In this document: positions 1 through 9,300 of the stretch, in pieces
Layout: the number at the start of each line of letters is the position of its first letter
Numbering within the stretch: the first letter of the stretch is position 1
Source: an uncultured Oscillospiraceae bacterium
GTDB taxonomy: Bacteria; Bacillota; Clostridia; Oscillospirales; Ruminococcaceae
NCBI GenBank assembly: GCA_949298535.1
Contig: CASFXA010000036.1
Span: 1 to 58,287 of the forward strand
Length of the DNA stretch: 58,287 nucleotides
Reading direction: 5' to 3'
Translations under genes and position numbers: made by a program
Notes under the pieces: model-generated
The model's database searches: none
The model's input: the letters and a program-made list of their open reading frames with translations, nothing else
What the model was told of the DNA's origin: nothing

Positions 1-126
1 CTTGCCAAGGCGATGGACAAAGGCATAGTAGCCGCTTCTGGATACTCTGAAGAATTTGCACATAACTGTCACGGGATACTCCGCTCTGTGGCGATAGATA
101 ATGTGGTATTTTACTCCTGCCTTCAC
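1..126 (-). CDS. IS3-family transposase OrfB, N-terminal fragment (partial)
   Basis: Manual translation VKAGVKYHIIYRHRAEYPVTVMCKFFRVSRSGYYAF contains the typical OrfB SRSGYY motif. The GTG start overlaps the orfA stop (GTGA). Confidence 0.85.
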   Translation of the reverse strand, partial: MKAGVKYHIIYRHRAEYPVTVMCKFFRVSRSGYYAFVHRLGK

Positions 127-437
127 TTCCTTTCTGCGAAGCGCAGAAAATCCCGCAGCAACTGATTCTCCATGCGAAGCCGCTGGATTTCATAGGCCTG
201 CTCCGCTACAATATCTCTTGGCGCGGCGTCTTTCCTCGGCCGTCCTTTGGGCCGTGGGAGGATTCCGGCTTCTAACTTGCGTTCTTTTTTCCGCTCACGC
301 TCAAGCAGCTTTTTTACCACCTGCTTATCCCGAAAGCCGTAGTATTCCGCCACTTCCCGCTGTGTCTTCCCCTCCGCCAGCATAGCCTTGATCTCTGGCA
401 GCAGACCTTGAACGTGCGTGTAATTTCGTTTCTTCAT
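123..437 (-). CDS. IS3-family transposase OrfA (HTH)
   Basis: 104 aa with an HTH (GKTQREVAEYYG), a KGRPRK motif and a C-terminal coiled coil (EIQRLRMENQLLRDFL). Confidence 0.85.
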   Translation of the reverse strand: MKKRNYTHVQGLLPEIKAMLAEGKTQREVAEYYGFRDKQVVKKLLERERKKERKLEAGILPRPKGRPRKDAAPRDIVAEQAYEIQRLRMENQLLRDFLRFAERK

Positions 438-548
438 GACATTACCCCCTGATGTAGTTCATTTTCCTACATCAGGGGGGATTTTGTCACTGTCCGTTTT
501 TACTGGACCTGTTCATTCCATTCCGGAGACAGGGGCTTTCTTTTCCAT

Positions 549-1523
549 TCAGATTTTGGTCACAGTGGAAAAGGTGGTGTACAGATACATCCCCGCCGCC
601 AGCAGAACAGGAATACTGGTGCAGAGGCAAAAAACCAGATCCCCTGTCGCCAGCAGCCGGTTGCGCCTGGGAACCAGGGCGAACACCGGTCCAAAGCGCC
701 ACCGCAGCCACAGCAGACAGGGCAGCGCCATGGCCATGGCCACTCCGATGGCACAGCCGGAAACGGCCCCTGCCGCCGCCCTGGGCAGCAGCCACTGGAC
801 CGCCGTCATGGCCCAGGCAAAGCTGTTATAAAGGAAATGAATGGCGATGCCGGTGACAAGACTGCCGGAGCGGACGGTAAACACCCCCAGCACCAGCCCC
901 ATCAGCAAAGCGGTGGGCATCTGGCCCAGGGTGGTGTGGCAGACGCAGAAGGCCGCGGCGCTGACTGCCACGGCAAACCGATCCCCATATCGCCGAAGGG
1001 GCTGCAGCAGTACCCCCCGGAACAAAATTTCCTCAAAAAAGGCCGGCAGCACCGCTGTGGACAGATAGGACAGCAGCAGCGGCCAGAAACCCGGGGACAG
1101 CGCCGGCAGATAGGTTTCCGACTCCCACCCCAGCATCTGGAGCCAGCTCAGCAGGATTCCTCCCAGCAGATTGGCCAGCATCGCCAGCCCCAGCGCGGCC
1201 CCCACCGCCGGCAGCAGATAATCCGGCCGTGGCAGGGGAAGGGGCATCTGACGGGCCGGACCGTCAGGAAAAACCGCCAGCCCGCATAGGATCGCCCCGA
1301 TCATGGAAAAACTATAGCTGACCATGGACACCAGTTGTCCCCCGGCGGCGGTCAGCGACAGCCCCTGGAGGGCCAAAGCCCGCTGAAGCCCCAGCAGACA
1401 AAACCGGGCCACATTGGTCAAAAGCAGCAGCACCAGCAGCGTCACCCCAACTGCTGCCAACAGCTGCCGCAGCCGCCCCAGCTCCCTGGTTCTGCGGCTG
1501 TAAAAATCCCCTTCCTCAAACAT
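549..1523 (-). CDS. CPBP/Abi (CAAX-type) intramembrane glutamic endopeptidase
   Basis: Multi-TM protein with EEILFRG, FxxxH (FCVCH) and HxxxN (HFLYN) motifs. Confidence 0.9.
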   Translation of the reverse strand: MFEEGDFYSRRTRELGRLRQLLAAVGVTLLVLLLLTNVARFCLLGLQRALALQGLSLTAAGGQLVSMVSYSFSMIGAILCGLAVFPDGPARQMPLPLPRPDYLLPAVGAALGLAMLANLLGGILLSWLQMLGWESETYLPALSPGFWPLLLSYLSTAVLPAFFEEILFRGVLLQPLRRYGDRFAVAVSAAAFCVCHTTLGQMPTALLMGLVLGVFTVRSGSLVTGIAIHFLYNSFAWAMTAVQWLLPRAAAGAVSGCAIGVAMAMALPCLLWLRWRFGPVFALVPRRNRLLATGDLVFCLCTSIPVLLAAGMYLYTTFSTVTKI

Positions 1524-1559
1524 CCTGTTCTCCCCTTTGTTCGCCGCTGCGGGGAACGG

Positions 1560-2237
1560 TCACTCCCCCTGATCCGCCGGCAGGCTTTGAACCGTCGGCG
1601 CAACGGCAAAGGTGTTGTAGTATTCCAGCCCCAGCATCTGGCCGACCATAGAGCCGGGAAAACGGAGCAGATCATTGTTATAGGACAGCACCGCGTCGTT
1701 ATAGCTTTTCCGGGCTTCCGCCATCTGCTTTTCGGTGTCCTCCAGCTGCTGCCGCAACTGCTGAAGCTGAAGATTTTCCGTCTCCTCCTGCTGCATCTGG
1801 GGAAGATTGAGCAGGTAGATCACCGCCTGGCTCAGCTGCTCGTCCGCCGCGATTTTTTCGTCCATGGTCACTGCGCTGTCCATCGCCTGGCGGGCCCAGC
1901 TCAGCTGTTCCGTCGCCTGGGAATCCAGCTCCGGGAATTCCTCCGCCACGCTGACCAGCCCGGGCAGCAAAGCGCTCCGCTCCGCCAGCCGCAGATCCAG
2001 TTGTTCAATGGCCTGTTCCACCGCTTCCCTGCCCTGGAACAAACGGCGCCCTGCTTTTACGGACCAGACTCCGGTGAACACCAGCGCCGCGGCCAACCCC
2101 AGCAGCAGCCAGCGCCATCGCAGACTCCTCCTTTCAGCGGTATTCATCCCAACGGTTCCCCCCTTTTTTTTCATGACCATCCAGCGGCGCTCCCACTGGC
2201 AGGCATATTCCGAACATTTTCTTTCCTGCGCCTGCAT
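1560..2237 (-). CDS. LemA family protein
   Basis: N-terminal TM plus the LemA C-terminal motif ARKSYNDAVLSYNNDLLRFPG. AAAGGAGG RBS lies before 2237; an alternative start is 2147. Confidence 0.85.
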   Translation of the reverse strand: MQAQERKCSEYACQWERRWMVMKKKGGTVGMNTAERRSLRWRWLLLGLAAALVFTGVWSVKAGRRLFQGREAVEQAIEQLDLRLAERSALLPGLVSVAEEFPELDSQATEQLSWARQAMDSAVTMDEKIAADEQLSQAVIYLLNLPQMQQEETENLQLQQLRQQLEDTEKQMAEARKSYNDAVLSYNNDLLRFPGSMVGQMLGLEYYNTFAVAPTVQSLPADQGE

Positions 2238-2509
2238 GGGACGCCTCCTTTCCGGCCCAATCCGCCTTAACGCCTCCCCAAAAAAGAAGCAGGCGGTCCT
2301 ATTCCGACGACCCTTCTCCGTATGTAAGGAGAAGCGCCCTTGCTTTTGTTGATTTTATTATACCCTTGCGGAAGAATGACTTCAAGAAACTCCCGTAACA
2401 TCTTCATGACCATATTGTGAACCTGGCCCGAAAGGAGCCGCTTTTTTCTGCCAAATCCGGCAAAAATCCGATTTTGATGAGATTTTTTTCCGCAACCGGG
2501 AACAAGGGG

Positions 2510-2538
2510 TTCCATTTTTCGGGCACTGGTGATATAAT
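2510..2538 (+). promoter_or_regulatory. Putative sigma-A promoter of typA
   Basis: TTCCAT-N17-TATAAT with an extended -10 TG. Confidence 0.55.
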
Positions 2539-2593
2539 CTGAAAGTTAAAGAGGAAATCTGTGCGATATGCTTAGAATTCAGGAGGTATCCTT

Positions 2594-4423
2594 GTGAAAA
2601 GGGAAGATCTGAGAAACATTGCCATCATCGCCCACGTTGACCATGGCAAAACCACCATGGTGGACGAGATGCTCAAGCAGGGCGGCACTTTCCGCGCCAA
2701 CCAGGTGGTCCAGGACCGGGTCATGGACTCCAACGATCTGGAGCGGGAGCGGGGCATCACCATTCTGGCCAAGAACACTTCCACCACCTACAACGGGGTG
2801 AAAATCAACATCGTGGACACCCCCGGCCACGCCGATTTCGGCGGCGAGGTGGAGCGGGTGCTGAAAATGGTGGACGGCGTGCTGCTGCTGGTGGACGCCG
2901 CTGAGGGACCCATGCCCCAAACCCGTTTTGTGCTGGAAAAAGCGCTGGCACTGAATCTGCGGGTCATTATTATCATCAACAAAATCGACAAGCCGGACGC
3001 CCGCATCAATGAGGTGGTGGACGAGGTGCTGGAGCTGCTGATGGATCTGGGAGCCACCGACGAGCAGCTGGACAGCCCCACCATCTTCTGCTCCGGCCGC
3101 CAGGGAACCGCTTCCTATTCCCCCAACGTTCCCGGGGAAAATCTGGTGCCCCTTTTCGACACCATTGTCAGCTATGTCCAGCCCCCCCAGGGGGATGAAA
3201 CCGCTCCCCTGTCGGTGCTGGTTTCCAGCGTGGACTACAGCGAATATGTGGGCCGCATTGCTGTGGGCCGCATTGAGACCGGCGTGATGAAGGTGAACAC
3301 CGAGGTGGCCATCTGCGATTATCACAACCCCGACATTTCCGGCAAGGCCAAGGTCACCGCTATCTATCAGTACGACGGCCTCAAGCAGACCCCGGTGGAG
3401 ACCGCCACGGTGGGGGACATTGTGGCCTTCTCCGGCATCGAGGACATCAACATCGGCAACACCGTCTGCGCCCCCGGCTATCTCAACCCCATTCCCTTTG
3501 TCAAAATCTCCGAACCCACCATGGAGATGACCTTCTCGGTCAACGACAGCCCCTTCGCCGGCAAGGAGGGCAAATGGGTCACCTCCCGGCAGATTCGGGA
3601 CCGGCTGTATCGGGAGCTGCTCAAGGATGTCTCCCTTCATGTGGAGGATACCGACAGCGCCGACAGTTTCCGGGTGCTGGGACGGGGCGAGATGCATCTG
3701 TCCATCCTCATCGAGACCATGCGCCGGGAGGGCTACGAGTTCCAGGTGGGCGCTCCCAAGGTGCTGATGCACAAGGATGAAAACGGCAAGCTGCTGGAGC
3801 CCTATGAGGAGTTTGTGGTGGATGTTCCGGAGCAGTATATGGGCAGCGTCATGGAGAAGATGGGCGCCCGGAAGGGGGAGCTTCAGTCCATGGCCCCCAA
3901 GGGCAGCCGGATGGAGCTGAAATTCATCGTTCCCTCCCGGGGACTGTTTGGCTACCGCAGCGAGTTTCTCACCGATACCCACGGCGAGGGCATCCAAAGC
4001 TCCGTTTTCCACAGCTACGGCGAGTTCAAGGGGGAAATCTCCAGCCGCAAAGTGGGCAGCCTGATCGCTTTTGAAACCGGCGAGGCGGTGGCCTACGGCA
4101 TCTTCAACGCCCAGGAGCGCGGCATGATGTTCATTGATCCCGGCGAAAAGGTTTACGCCGGCATGGTGGTGGGCAGCAATCCCAAGGGGGAGGACATCAC
4201 CGTCAACGTCTGCAAGCGCAAGCACATGACCAACACCCGGGCCAGCGGCAGCGACGACGCCCTGCGTCTGGTGCCCCCCAGACATATGAGCCTGGAGGAG
4301 TGCCTGGAATTCCTGGCCACCGACGAGCTGCTGGAAGTGACTCCCAAGCATATCCGCATCCGCAAGAAACTGCTGGATCACGCCCAGCGGATGAAAGCGG
4401 CGGCGGCTAAAAAGGACAAATAA
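2594..4423 (+). CDS. typA: Translational GTPase TypA/BipA
   Basis: [38 protein letters not shown] and NKID motifs, plus the BipA C-terminus ([14 protein letters not shown]). AGGAGG RBS. Confidence 0.98.
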   Translation: MKREDLRNIAIIAHVDHGKTTMVDEMLKQGGTFRANQVVQDRVMDSNDLERERGITILAKNTSTTYNGVKINIVDTPGHADFGGEVERVLKMVDGVLLLVDAAEGPMPQTRFVLEKALALNLRVIIIINKIDKPDARINEVVDEVLELLMDLGATDEQLDSPTIFCSGRQGTASYSPNVPGENLVPLFDTIVSYVQPPQGDETAPLSVLVSSVDYSEYVGRIAVGRIETGVMKVNTEVAICDYHNPDISGKAKVTAIYQYDGLKQTPVETATVGDIVAFSGIEDINIGNTVCAPGYLNPIPFVKISEPTMEMTFSVNDSPFAGKEGKWVTSRQIRDRLYRELLKDVSLHVEDTDSADSFRVLGRGEMHLSILIETMRREGYEFQVGAPKVLMHKDENGKLLEPYEEFVVDVPEQYMGSVMEKMGARKGELQSMAPKGSRMELKFIVPSRGLFGYRSEFLTDTHGEGIQSSVFHSYGEFKGEISSRKVGSLIAFETGEAVAYGIFNAQERGMMFIDPGEKVYAGMVVGSNPKGEDITVNVCKRKHMTNTRASGSDDALRLVPPRHMSLEECLEFLATDELLEVTPKHIRIRKKLLDHAQRMKAAAAKKDK

Positions 4424-4458
4424 CCCTTTGTGTCAAAAAAACTTTGCATCAAAAAGAC

Positions 4459-4494
4459 AGCCGCCCTGTTTCACAGCGAAACAGGGCGGCTTTG
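4459..4494 (+). terminator. Intrinsic terminator after typA (possibly bidirectional)
   Basis: AGCCGCCCTGTTTC-loop-GAAACAGGGCGGCT followed by TTGATTT. Confidence 0.75.
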
Positions 4495-4610
4495 ATTTGT
4501 CTAAATAGAAATCGCCTTCCAGAAAAAAGAAAGTTGCAATTTTTCCCTGAGGGCAGAAGTTTTTTCAGCCTGGCATTTTTCTTCATCGGGAAGGCCATAA
4601 GACAGAAAAG

Positions 4611-4928
4611 CTACCGTTCTCCAGGGGTGGAGGGAACCGTCTCATCTTCCAAGAGCCACCGAATTTTCCGAAGATGCTCCGTTCTTTCATCTCCTTGGGG
4701 AAAACCGACGCGGAGCTTATCTTGACCCACCACGCCCCGGATCACCCACTGGGAATGAATCACCCGAAAAAAAGGCTGCCGCAGCTGAGGATAGTAATCC
4801 AAATGCCCTTTGGCTGCCAGCTGACCAAGGAAATCCCGGGTAACGACCTGTTTGAGAACCACATCATATCCCTGCCATCCCGCCTGGGCACACTGTTCAA
4901 GGGAGGGCTGTATGGTCACAATTTCCAT
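4611..4928 (-). CDS. Small hypothetical protein (~105 aa)
   Basis: GAAAGGAG RBS precedes the ATG at 4928 (MEIVTIQ...). The start overlaps the end of the upstream desulfurase-like gene. Confidence 0.65.
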   Translation of the reverse strand: MEIVTIQPSLEQCAQAGWQGYDVVLKQVVTRDFLGQLAAKGHLDYYPQLRQPFFRVIHSQWVIRGVVGQDKLRVGFPQGDERTEHLRKIRWLLEDETVPSTPGER

Positions 4929-6061
4929 GGATTGCTCTCCTTTCCCTCCAGGCAAATTTCCTCCAGCGCCTGTACAAAAACTTCCAGGTCCTCCCACGGC
5001 GTCAGGAAAGAAAAACTCATCCGCATCGTACCCTGAGGGGCGGTTCCCAAATCCTCATGAATCAGCGGGCAGCAATGAAGGCCGCTTCTCAAACAAATAT
5101 CATAACACTGGCGAAACATATAGCTGAGATCCGCCACGGAAAAACCATCCACTGTGAAACTGACCACTCCCGAAGGCGTTCCTTGGGCAGGGCCGTAAAG
5201 ATGCAGTCCCGGCAAGTTCTTCAAGCGGCGGAACAGCTTTTCTCTGGTCCGGGAAAGCGCTATGGAAACCCGATCCATCCCCTGCTCCAACAAGAAATCC
5301 ATTCCTTTTTCCAGCGCAGCAACGCCGCAGAAGTTGAGGGTGCCAGTCTCAAAGCAGCGGTAGCTTTCCGGCAACTCCAAAAGGTGACTGTCCACCCCTG
5401 TTCCTCCCACCTTGACCACCCGGACAGGGACCTCCTTTCTCAGGAAAAATCCTCCGGTGCCAGGGGGGCCGAAAAGGTTCTTGTGACCAGTGAAAATTGC
5501 CATATCAATCTGGCAGCCGGCCACATTGACCGGTAAACACCCCAAGGATTGGGAAAGATCCGCCAACAATAAAATATTTCTTTCCCGGGTGATCTCTCCA
5601 ATCTGTTCCAGGGGCTGAAAGCAGCCGGTAACATTGGAACAATGATTGACGATCAAAAGCTGTGTGTTGGGACGGATCGCCCGAATAATATCCTCCGGAT
5701 CCACAAAGCCGTTCTGGTCGCAGTGGACAAAAGTCACCTGAGGGTGATGAGGATGGCGCAGCAACGGCCGCAGCAGGGCGTTGTGTTCCGTTGTGGTGGC
5801 AATAACGTGGGCGTTCTCCAGCGAAAGCCCCAGCAAGAGAAGATTTGCACTTTCTGTTGCGCCGGAGGTGAAGAAAATCTCTTGAGCGTCCTTCGCCCCC
5901 AGCAACCGGGCCGTTTTGCTGCGGCACCGGTCAAGGCTTCCCTCCCCCTGGCAGTTGCTGCGTCCGGATTCCTCCGGCAGCTGTTCCAAACTGGCCTTCA
6001 GCGCGTGGCAGACCTGGGGAGGCTTTGGGTAGGTGGTTGCGGCGTTATTGAGATAGATCAA
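4916..6061 (-). CDS. Class V PLP-dependent aminotransferase, cysteine desulfurase family
   Basis: YLNNAATT, FTSGATES, HCSNVTG, TGHK (PLP Lys), FETGT and RSGLHC motifs. Confidence 0.9.
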   Translation of the reverse strand: MIYLNNAATTYPKPPQVCHALKASLEQLPEESGRSNCQGEGSLDRCRSKTARLLGAKDAQEIFFTSGATESANLLLLGLSLENAHVIATTTEHNALLRPLLRHPHHPQVTFVHCDQNGFVDPEDIIRAIRPNTQLLIVNHCSNVTGCFQPLEQIGEITRERNILLLADLSQSLGCLPVNVAGCQIDMAIFTGHKNLFGPPGTGGFFLRKEVPVRVVKVGGTGVDSHLLELPESYRCFETGTLNFCGVAALEKGMDFLLEQGMDRVSIALSRTREKLFRRLKNLPGLHLYGPAQGTPSGVVSFTVDGFSVADLSYMFRQCYDICLRSGLHCCPLIHEDLGTAPQGTMRMSFSFLTPWEDLEVFVQALEEICLEGKESNPWKL

Positions 6062-6081
6062 AGTTCCTCCCCCTTTTCCTT

Positions 6082-7449
6082 TCAGCCCTCCACAATCTCA
6101 AAGCGGAGCAGGTGAGCCATGGCCTTCATCTCTTCCTGCCAATCTCCAAACACCAGACACTGGTGATGGCCAAAATTCATCACCTGATGGAGATAGCGCC
6201 GGGTATCGTCCATCTGAATATAGTAATAAGGACTGCAATAGGCCTCTGTATAGGTGCTGGAAAGAACGTCTCCGGTCTTGAGCAGCAGCTTTTTGCCAAA
6301 GGGATCAAACCGGGCCAAAGTCACCTTCTGGGTCTTTCCCTGGGCAAAGTCAATCTGGATTTTTCCGCCGAAGCCCTGTCCGGTAAAGGGATAGATGCTG
6401 TATGGCATGGGATCGGTTCCAAAACCGTTCATCTGCAAACAGGGAACGGAATGATGGAGACTCAACACCTCATCCGTCTCATAGAGGGGGTTGCCCATAA
6501 AAGCCGGCCGGCCGGCGGTGTACATCAGCATCATCATTGCCAAAAGGGCGTTCAGATCCTCTTCGCACCCGCTGGGGATCCCCTGATCCTTCAGCAGCGT
6601 GTGGGTGATACAGGGAACAAATTTCCGCTGCTGGGGAATACGGGAACGGCACAGCTCCACACAGGAGGTGGAAAAGGCGTTGCAGCCGTAGCGTTCCAGC
6701 ATTTTTTCCACAGCCAGGTAATATTTGACGTCATTGATCAGGTATTCTGGCCGCACCTTATTTTCCAGCGCCCCTCCGTACAGCTTTTGGGTCAGCGGAA
6801 GCGCCTCCTGATCGGCGATCTGATCCATATAAGGGAAAATATCCGTAAAGGGCTTTTTGATGATCTCCACCCCATACTGGCTGCGGATAAACTCCAGATC
6901 CCGGATATTGCTCAGCAGCCCCCAGGTGGGAGCCTCGCCGGCTGTAAGAATCAGCACCCTGGTATGGGCCAGCGCTTTGCGTACCCAAAGACGGTGGAGA
7001 CACTGTTTGAGTTCCTCCAAATCAATGGCATAATACCCCTCCCTGCCGATGGAGCGCAGATAAGCGCAGGTGTCGGCCGCGCTGACGGCGTGGGTATAGG
7101 AAATCAAAGGCTTATTCAGCCGCTCAATTTTGGGAATCCGCTGGTGGAGGATCATCAGGCAATCTGTTTGCGGAAGATCCCGTTCAATCTCCTGAAGGAT
7201 TTTTTCCTCTACCACAAAAGATTCGTCATAGGGAACAAAAACCGGTTCCAGCACCTCCACCCACGGGTCCAGTTGTTGAAAAAGAGGCTGATACTGCTCA
7301 AACAGCTTCTTCGCTCTGGCCATTTCCGCCTGGGGGGTCATTTCCTCCCGGATTCCTCCCCGGCAGGGGCCCTCCCAAAAATCAGAATGAACCAAAATTC
7401 CCATCAAGGGCTTTACCTTCAGGCGAACATCCATCGCTTTTTTAATCAT
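6082..7449 (-). CDS. L-fucose/L-arabinose isomerase family protein
   Basis: GIPSGCEED metal-ligand region, CNAFSTSC and FGHH near the C-terminus. GAAAGGAG RBS before the ATG at 7449. Confidence 0.75.
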   Translation of the reverse strand: MIKKAMDVRLKVKPLMGILVHSDFWEGPCRGGIREEMTPQAEMARAKKLFEQYQPLFQQLDPWVEVLEPVFVPYDESFVVEEKILQEIERDLPQTDCLMILHQRIPKIERLNKPLISYTHAVSAADTCAYLRSIGREGYYAIDLEELKQCLHRLWVRKALAHTRVLILTAGEAPTWGLLSNIRDLEFIRSQYGVEIIKKPFTDIFPYMDQIADQEALPLTQKLYGGALENKVRPEYLINDVKYYLAVEKMLERYGCNAFSTSCVELCRSRIPQQRKFVPCITHTLLKDQGIPSGCEEDLNALLAMMMLMYTAGRPAFMGNPLYETDEVLSLHHSVPCLQMNGFGTDPMPYSIYPFTGQGFGGKIQIDFAQGKTQKVTLARFDPFGKKLLLKTGDVLSSTYTEAYCSPYYYIQMDDTRRYLHQVMNFGHHQCLVFGDWQEEMKAMAHLLRFEIVEG

Positions 7450-7562
7450 GGAAAATCTTCTCCTTTCAGCTGGCAGCATCTGCTTTCTGCCAGGTCGCAC
7501 CTTGAGTATAAAACCTTTTCTCCCTTCATGCCTACGATGAATTACGAACAGTTGTCGGCAAA

Positions 7563-8441
7563 TTATGATTTTTCATTGTCACCGCAGGGGTCCAGGGTCC
7601 TGCGGTATTCCGTGGGGGTTGTGAAGCACAGCTGCCGAAACGCCTCATTGAAACTGGAAAGACTGTTGTAGCCGCAGCGATAACAGATTTCTGTTACCGG
7701 ACAATCGGTAGTGGTCATCAGCAACCTGGCGTAATTGATGCGCGTCAGACGAAGGTACTCCCGAACGTTCATGCCAGTGGCCCTTTTAAAGTAGGCGCAG
7801 AAATAGGTGCGGCTCATGCAGGTCATTCGTGCCAGCTGTTCCAATGTGATTTCCTGGGAAAAATGTTGTCGGATGTAAGTGATCGCCGGCTCAATCCTCT
7901 GGTAGGCCTGGCGATGCCCAATCCATCTTTGATCCCCCTGCTGCCTGCTTCTCTCCCGGCAAACACAGGCCAGCAGCTCCATCAGATAGGCCCGGATGAA
8001 CAGAGGCGAGTCTTCCTCTCCCCGCTTCTTTTCCTCCTCCATCCATATAAGAAGCTGTAAAACTCGTTCCCGCTGTTCCCCGGCATCCACACAATTATCC
8101 CACCCTTTTTCGTGATCGAAAAAAGGGCGAAGGTAATCATAGCCGTCAGGGTTGCTTTGCCAGATGAAAGAAGGCTGAAAAATCAGCACCTTCATCCGCA
8201 GCTGCTCCGTAGATACTGCGATATGACATTCCTGGCTGTTGATGAAATAAAGCTCTCCCGGCCTCATCAGATATTTCCGGTCCTGAATGTAGTTGATCCC
8301 GGCGCCTGAAAGGACATAATTCAGTTCCAGGCAATCGTGGTAATGAAGGAAATGATCCTGGCAGGCGCCATAGGCATCATAAAGATCGAAAGGAAGACCG
8401 GACCCTTCCAAAAAAGCCTCTTTCTTGGGTGCAGAAATCAT
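7563..8441 (-). CDS. AraC family transcriptional regulator (cupin + HTH)
   Basis: LHYHDCLELNYV cupin motif and a C-terminal AraC HTH (CGYNSLSSFNEAFRQ...TPTEYRR). Confidence 0.95.
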   Translation of the reverse strand: MISAPKKEAFLEGSGLPFDLYDAYGACQDHFLHYHDCLELNYVLSGAGINYIQDRKYLMRPGELYFINSQECHIAVSTEQLRMKVLIFQPSFIWQSNPDGYDYLRPFFDHEKGWDNCVDAGEQRERVLQLLIWMEEEKKRGEEDSPLFIRAYLMELLACVCRERSRQQGDQRWIGHRQAYQRIEPAITYIRQHFSQEITLEQLARMTCMSRTYFCAYFKRATGMNVREYLRLTRINYARLLMTTTDCPVTEICYRCGYNSLSSFNEAFRQLCFTTPTEYRRTLDPCGDNEKS

Positions 8442-8482
8442 AAAATCCCTTCTGTTCCAGGGGAATCACCGTCCCCGTTCAT

Positions 8483-8530
8483 AAAAAAATCCCCTAAGCC
8501 TTGGACTGCCTCAGGCTTAAAGGGGATCTT
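8483..8530 (-). terminator. Intrinsic terminator between the chbG-like gene and araC
   Basis: Minus strand ATCCCCTTTAAGCCT...AGGCTTAGGGGAT followed by a T-run. Confidence 0.65.
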
Positions 8531-8559
8531 TACACAACCTCAAACCAATGAATTCCCCT

Positions 8560-9300
8560 TCAAAGCTGACTGTAGGCAACGGAATCCACCTGCATCTGCT
8601 GACAAAGAAGAATGTTTTTGGGATTTATTGCAAACAAGTAGTCCAGATACCGTTGCAAGGCAGCGGTCCTTCCAGGATTGTTTGCATTTTGGAGGCCCTT
8701 GGTCTCCCGGGAATAAAATGCGGGGTGGCCCACATAGAGACAAACTGGCCGTTTCTCTTCTCTGAGGCATTTTTCAAACGCATCAGGATCGTTGGGCAAT
8801 TCAAAGAGATTGCTGCTCAGGGGAATACTGTAATCCCCGGCAAAAACAAGGCCGTGACCTAAGGCCCATTGCCGTATCGCCTCAAACAACTGTGGCGTTT
8901 CCCGTTCTGTTTCCATATGGCTGTCCACATACCGGATGGGAAATCCCAGGGCGCACAAACGGTCCAGCTGTCGGTCATATTCTTTCAGCACCGCTTCAAT
9001 GGGAGGGTTGCGGCGGGCAAAATCCGCCGCAGTGGGCAGGAAATGTCCCTGACCGTCTTCCAGCACCTCCTGCCGGGACAGACTCCCCCATTTGAGGGTA
9101 TCCCATTCCGAGGTGAGAACCCCATGCATTCCAAAGCAGGTCCGGGGATACCGGTCCGCCAATTCCGCCGCCTGGGCAAGCTCTTTCCCCACAGCCATTA
9201 CAGAGACATTTTTGATCCATCCCACCTGGATCACCTGCCCAATCGCCAGGTTTGCGCTCTGATTCAAGCCCAAATCATCAGAGCGGGTAATCAGCTTCAT
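8560..9300 (-). CDS. ChbG/YdjC family carbohydrate deacetylase
   Basis: MKLITRSDDLG, GMHGVL, YVDSHM and GHPA motifs. The true start is at 9300, overlapping the nagA stop (ATGA). Confidence 0.88.
   Translation of the reverse strand: MKLITRSDDLGLNQSANLAIGQVIQVGWIKNVSVMAVGKELAQAAELADRYPRTCFGMHGVLTSEWDTLKWGSLSRQEVLEDGQGHFLPTAADFARRNPPIEAVLKEYDRQLDRLCALGFPIRYVDSHMETERETPQLFEAIRQWALGHGLVFAGDYSIPLSSNLFELPNDPDAFEKCLREEKRPVCLYVGHPAFYSRETKGLQNANNPGRTAALQRYLDYLFAINPKNILLCQQMQVDSVAYSQL

Larger units (their letters stand above)
1..515 (-). mobile_element. IS3-family (IS150-like) insertion sequence, left part; truncated by window start
   Basis: The minus strand begins TGAACAGGTCCAGTAAAAACGGACA at 515, an IS3-type TG terminus. 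It is followed by an HTH orfA and the start of orfB. Confidence 0.88.

Noticed and set aside
2579-4381. 600-aa ORF antisense to typA
   Set aside because: Shadow ORF from GC-rich codon bias on the opposite strand; no motifs or RBS.
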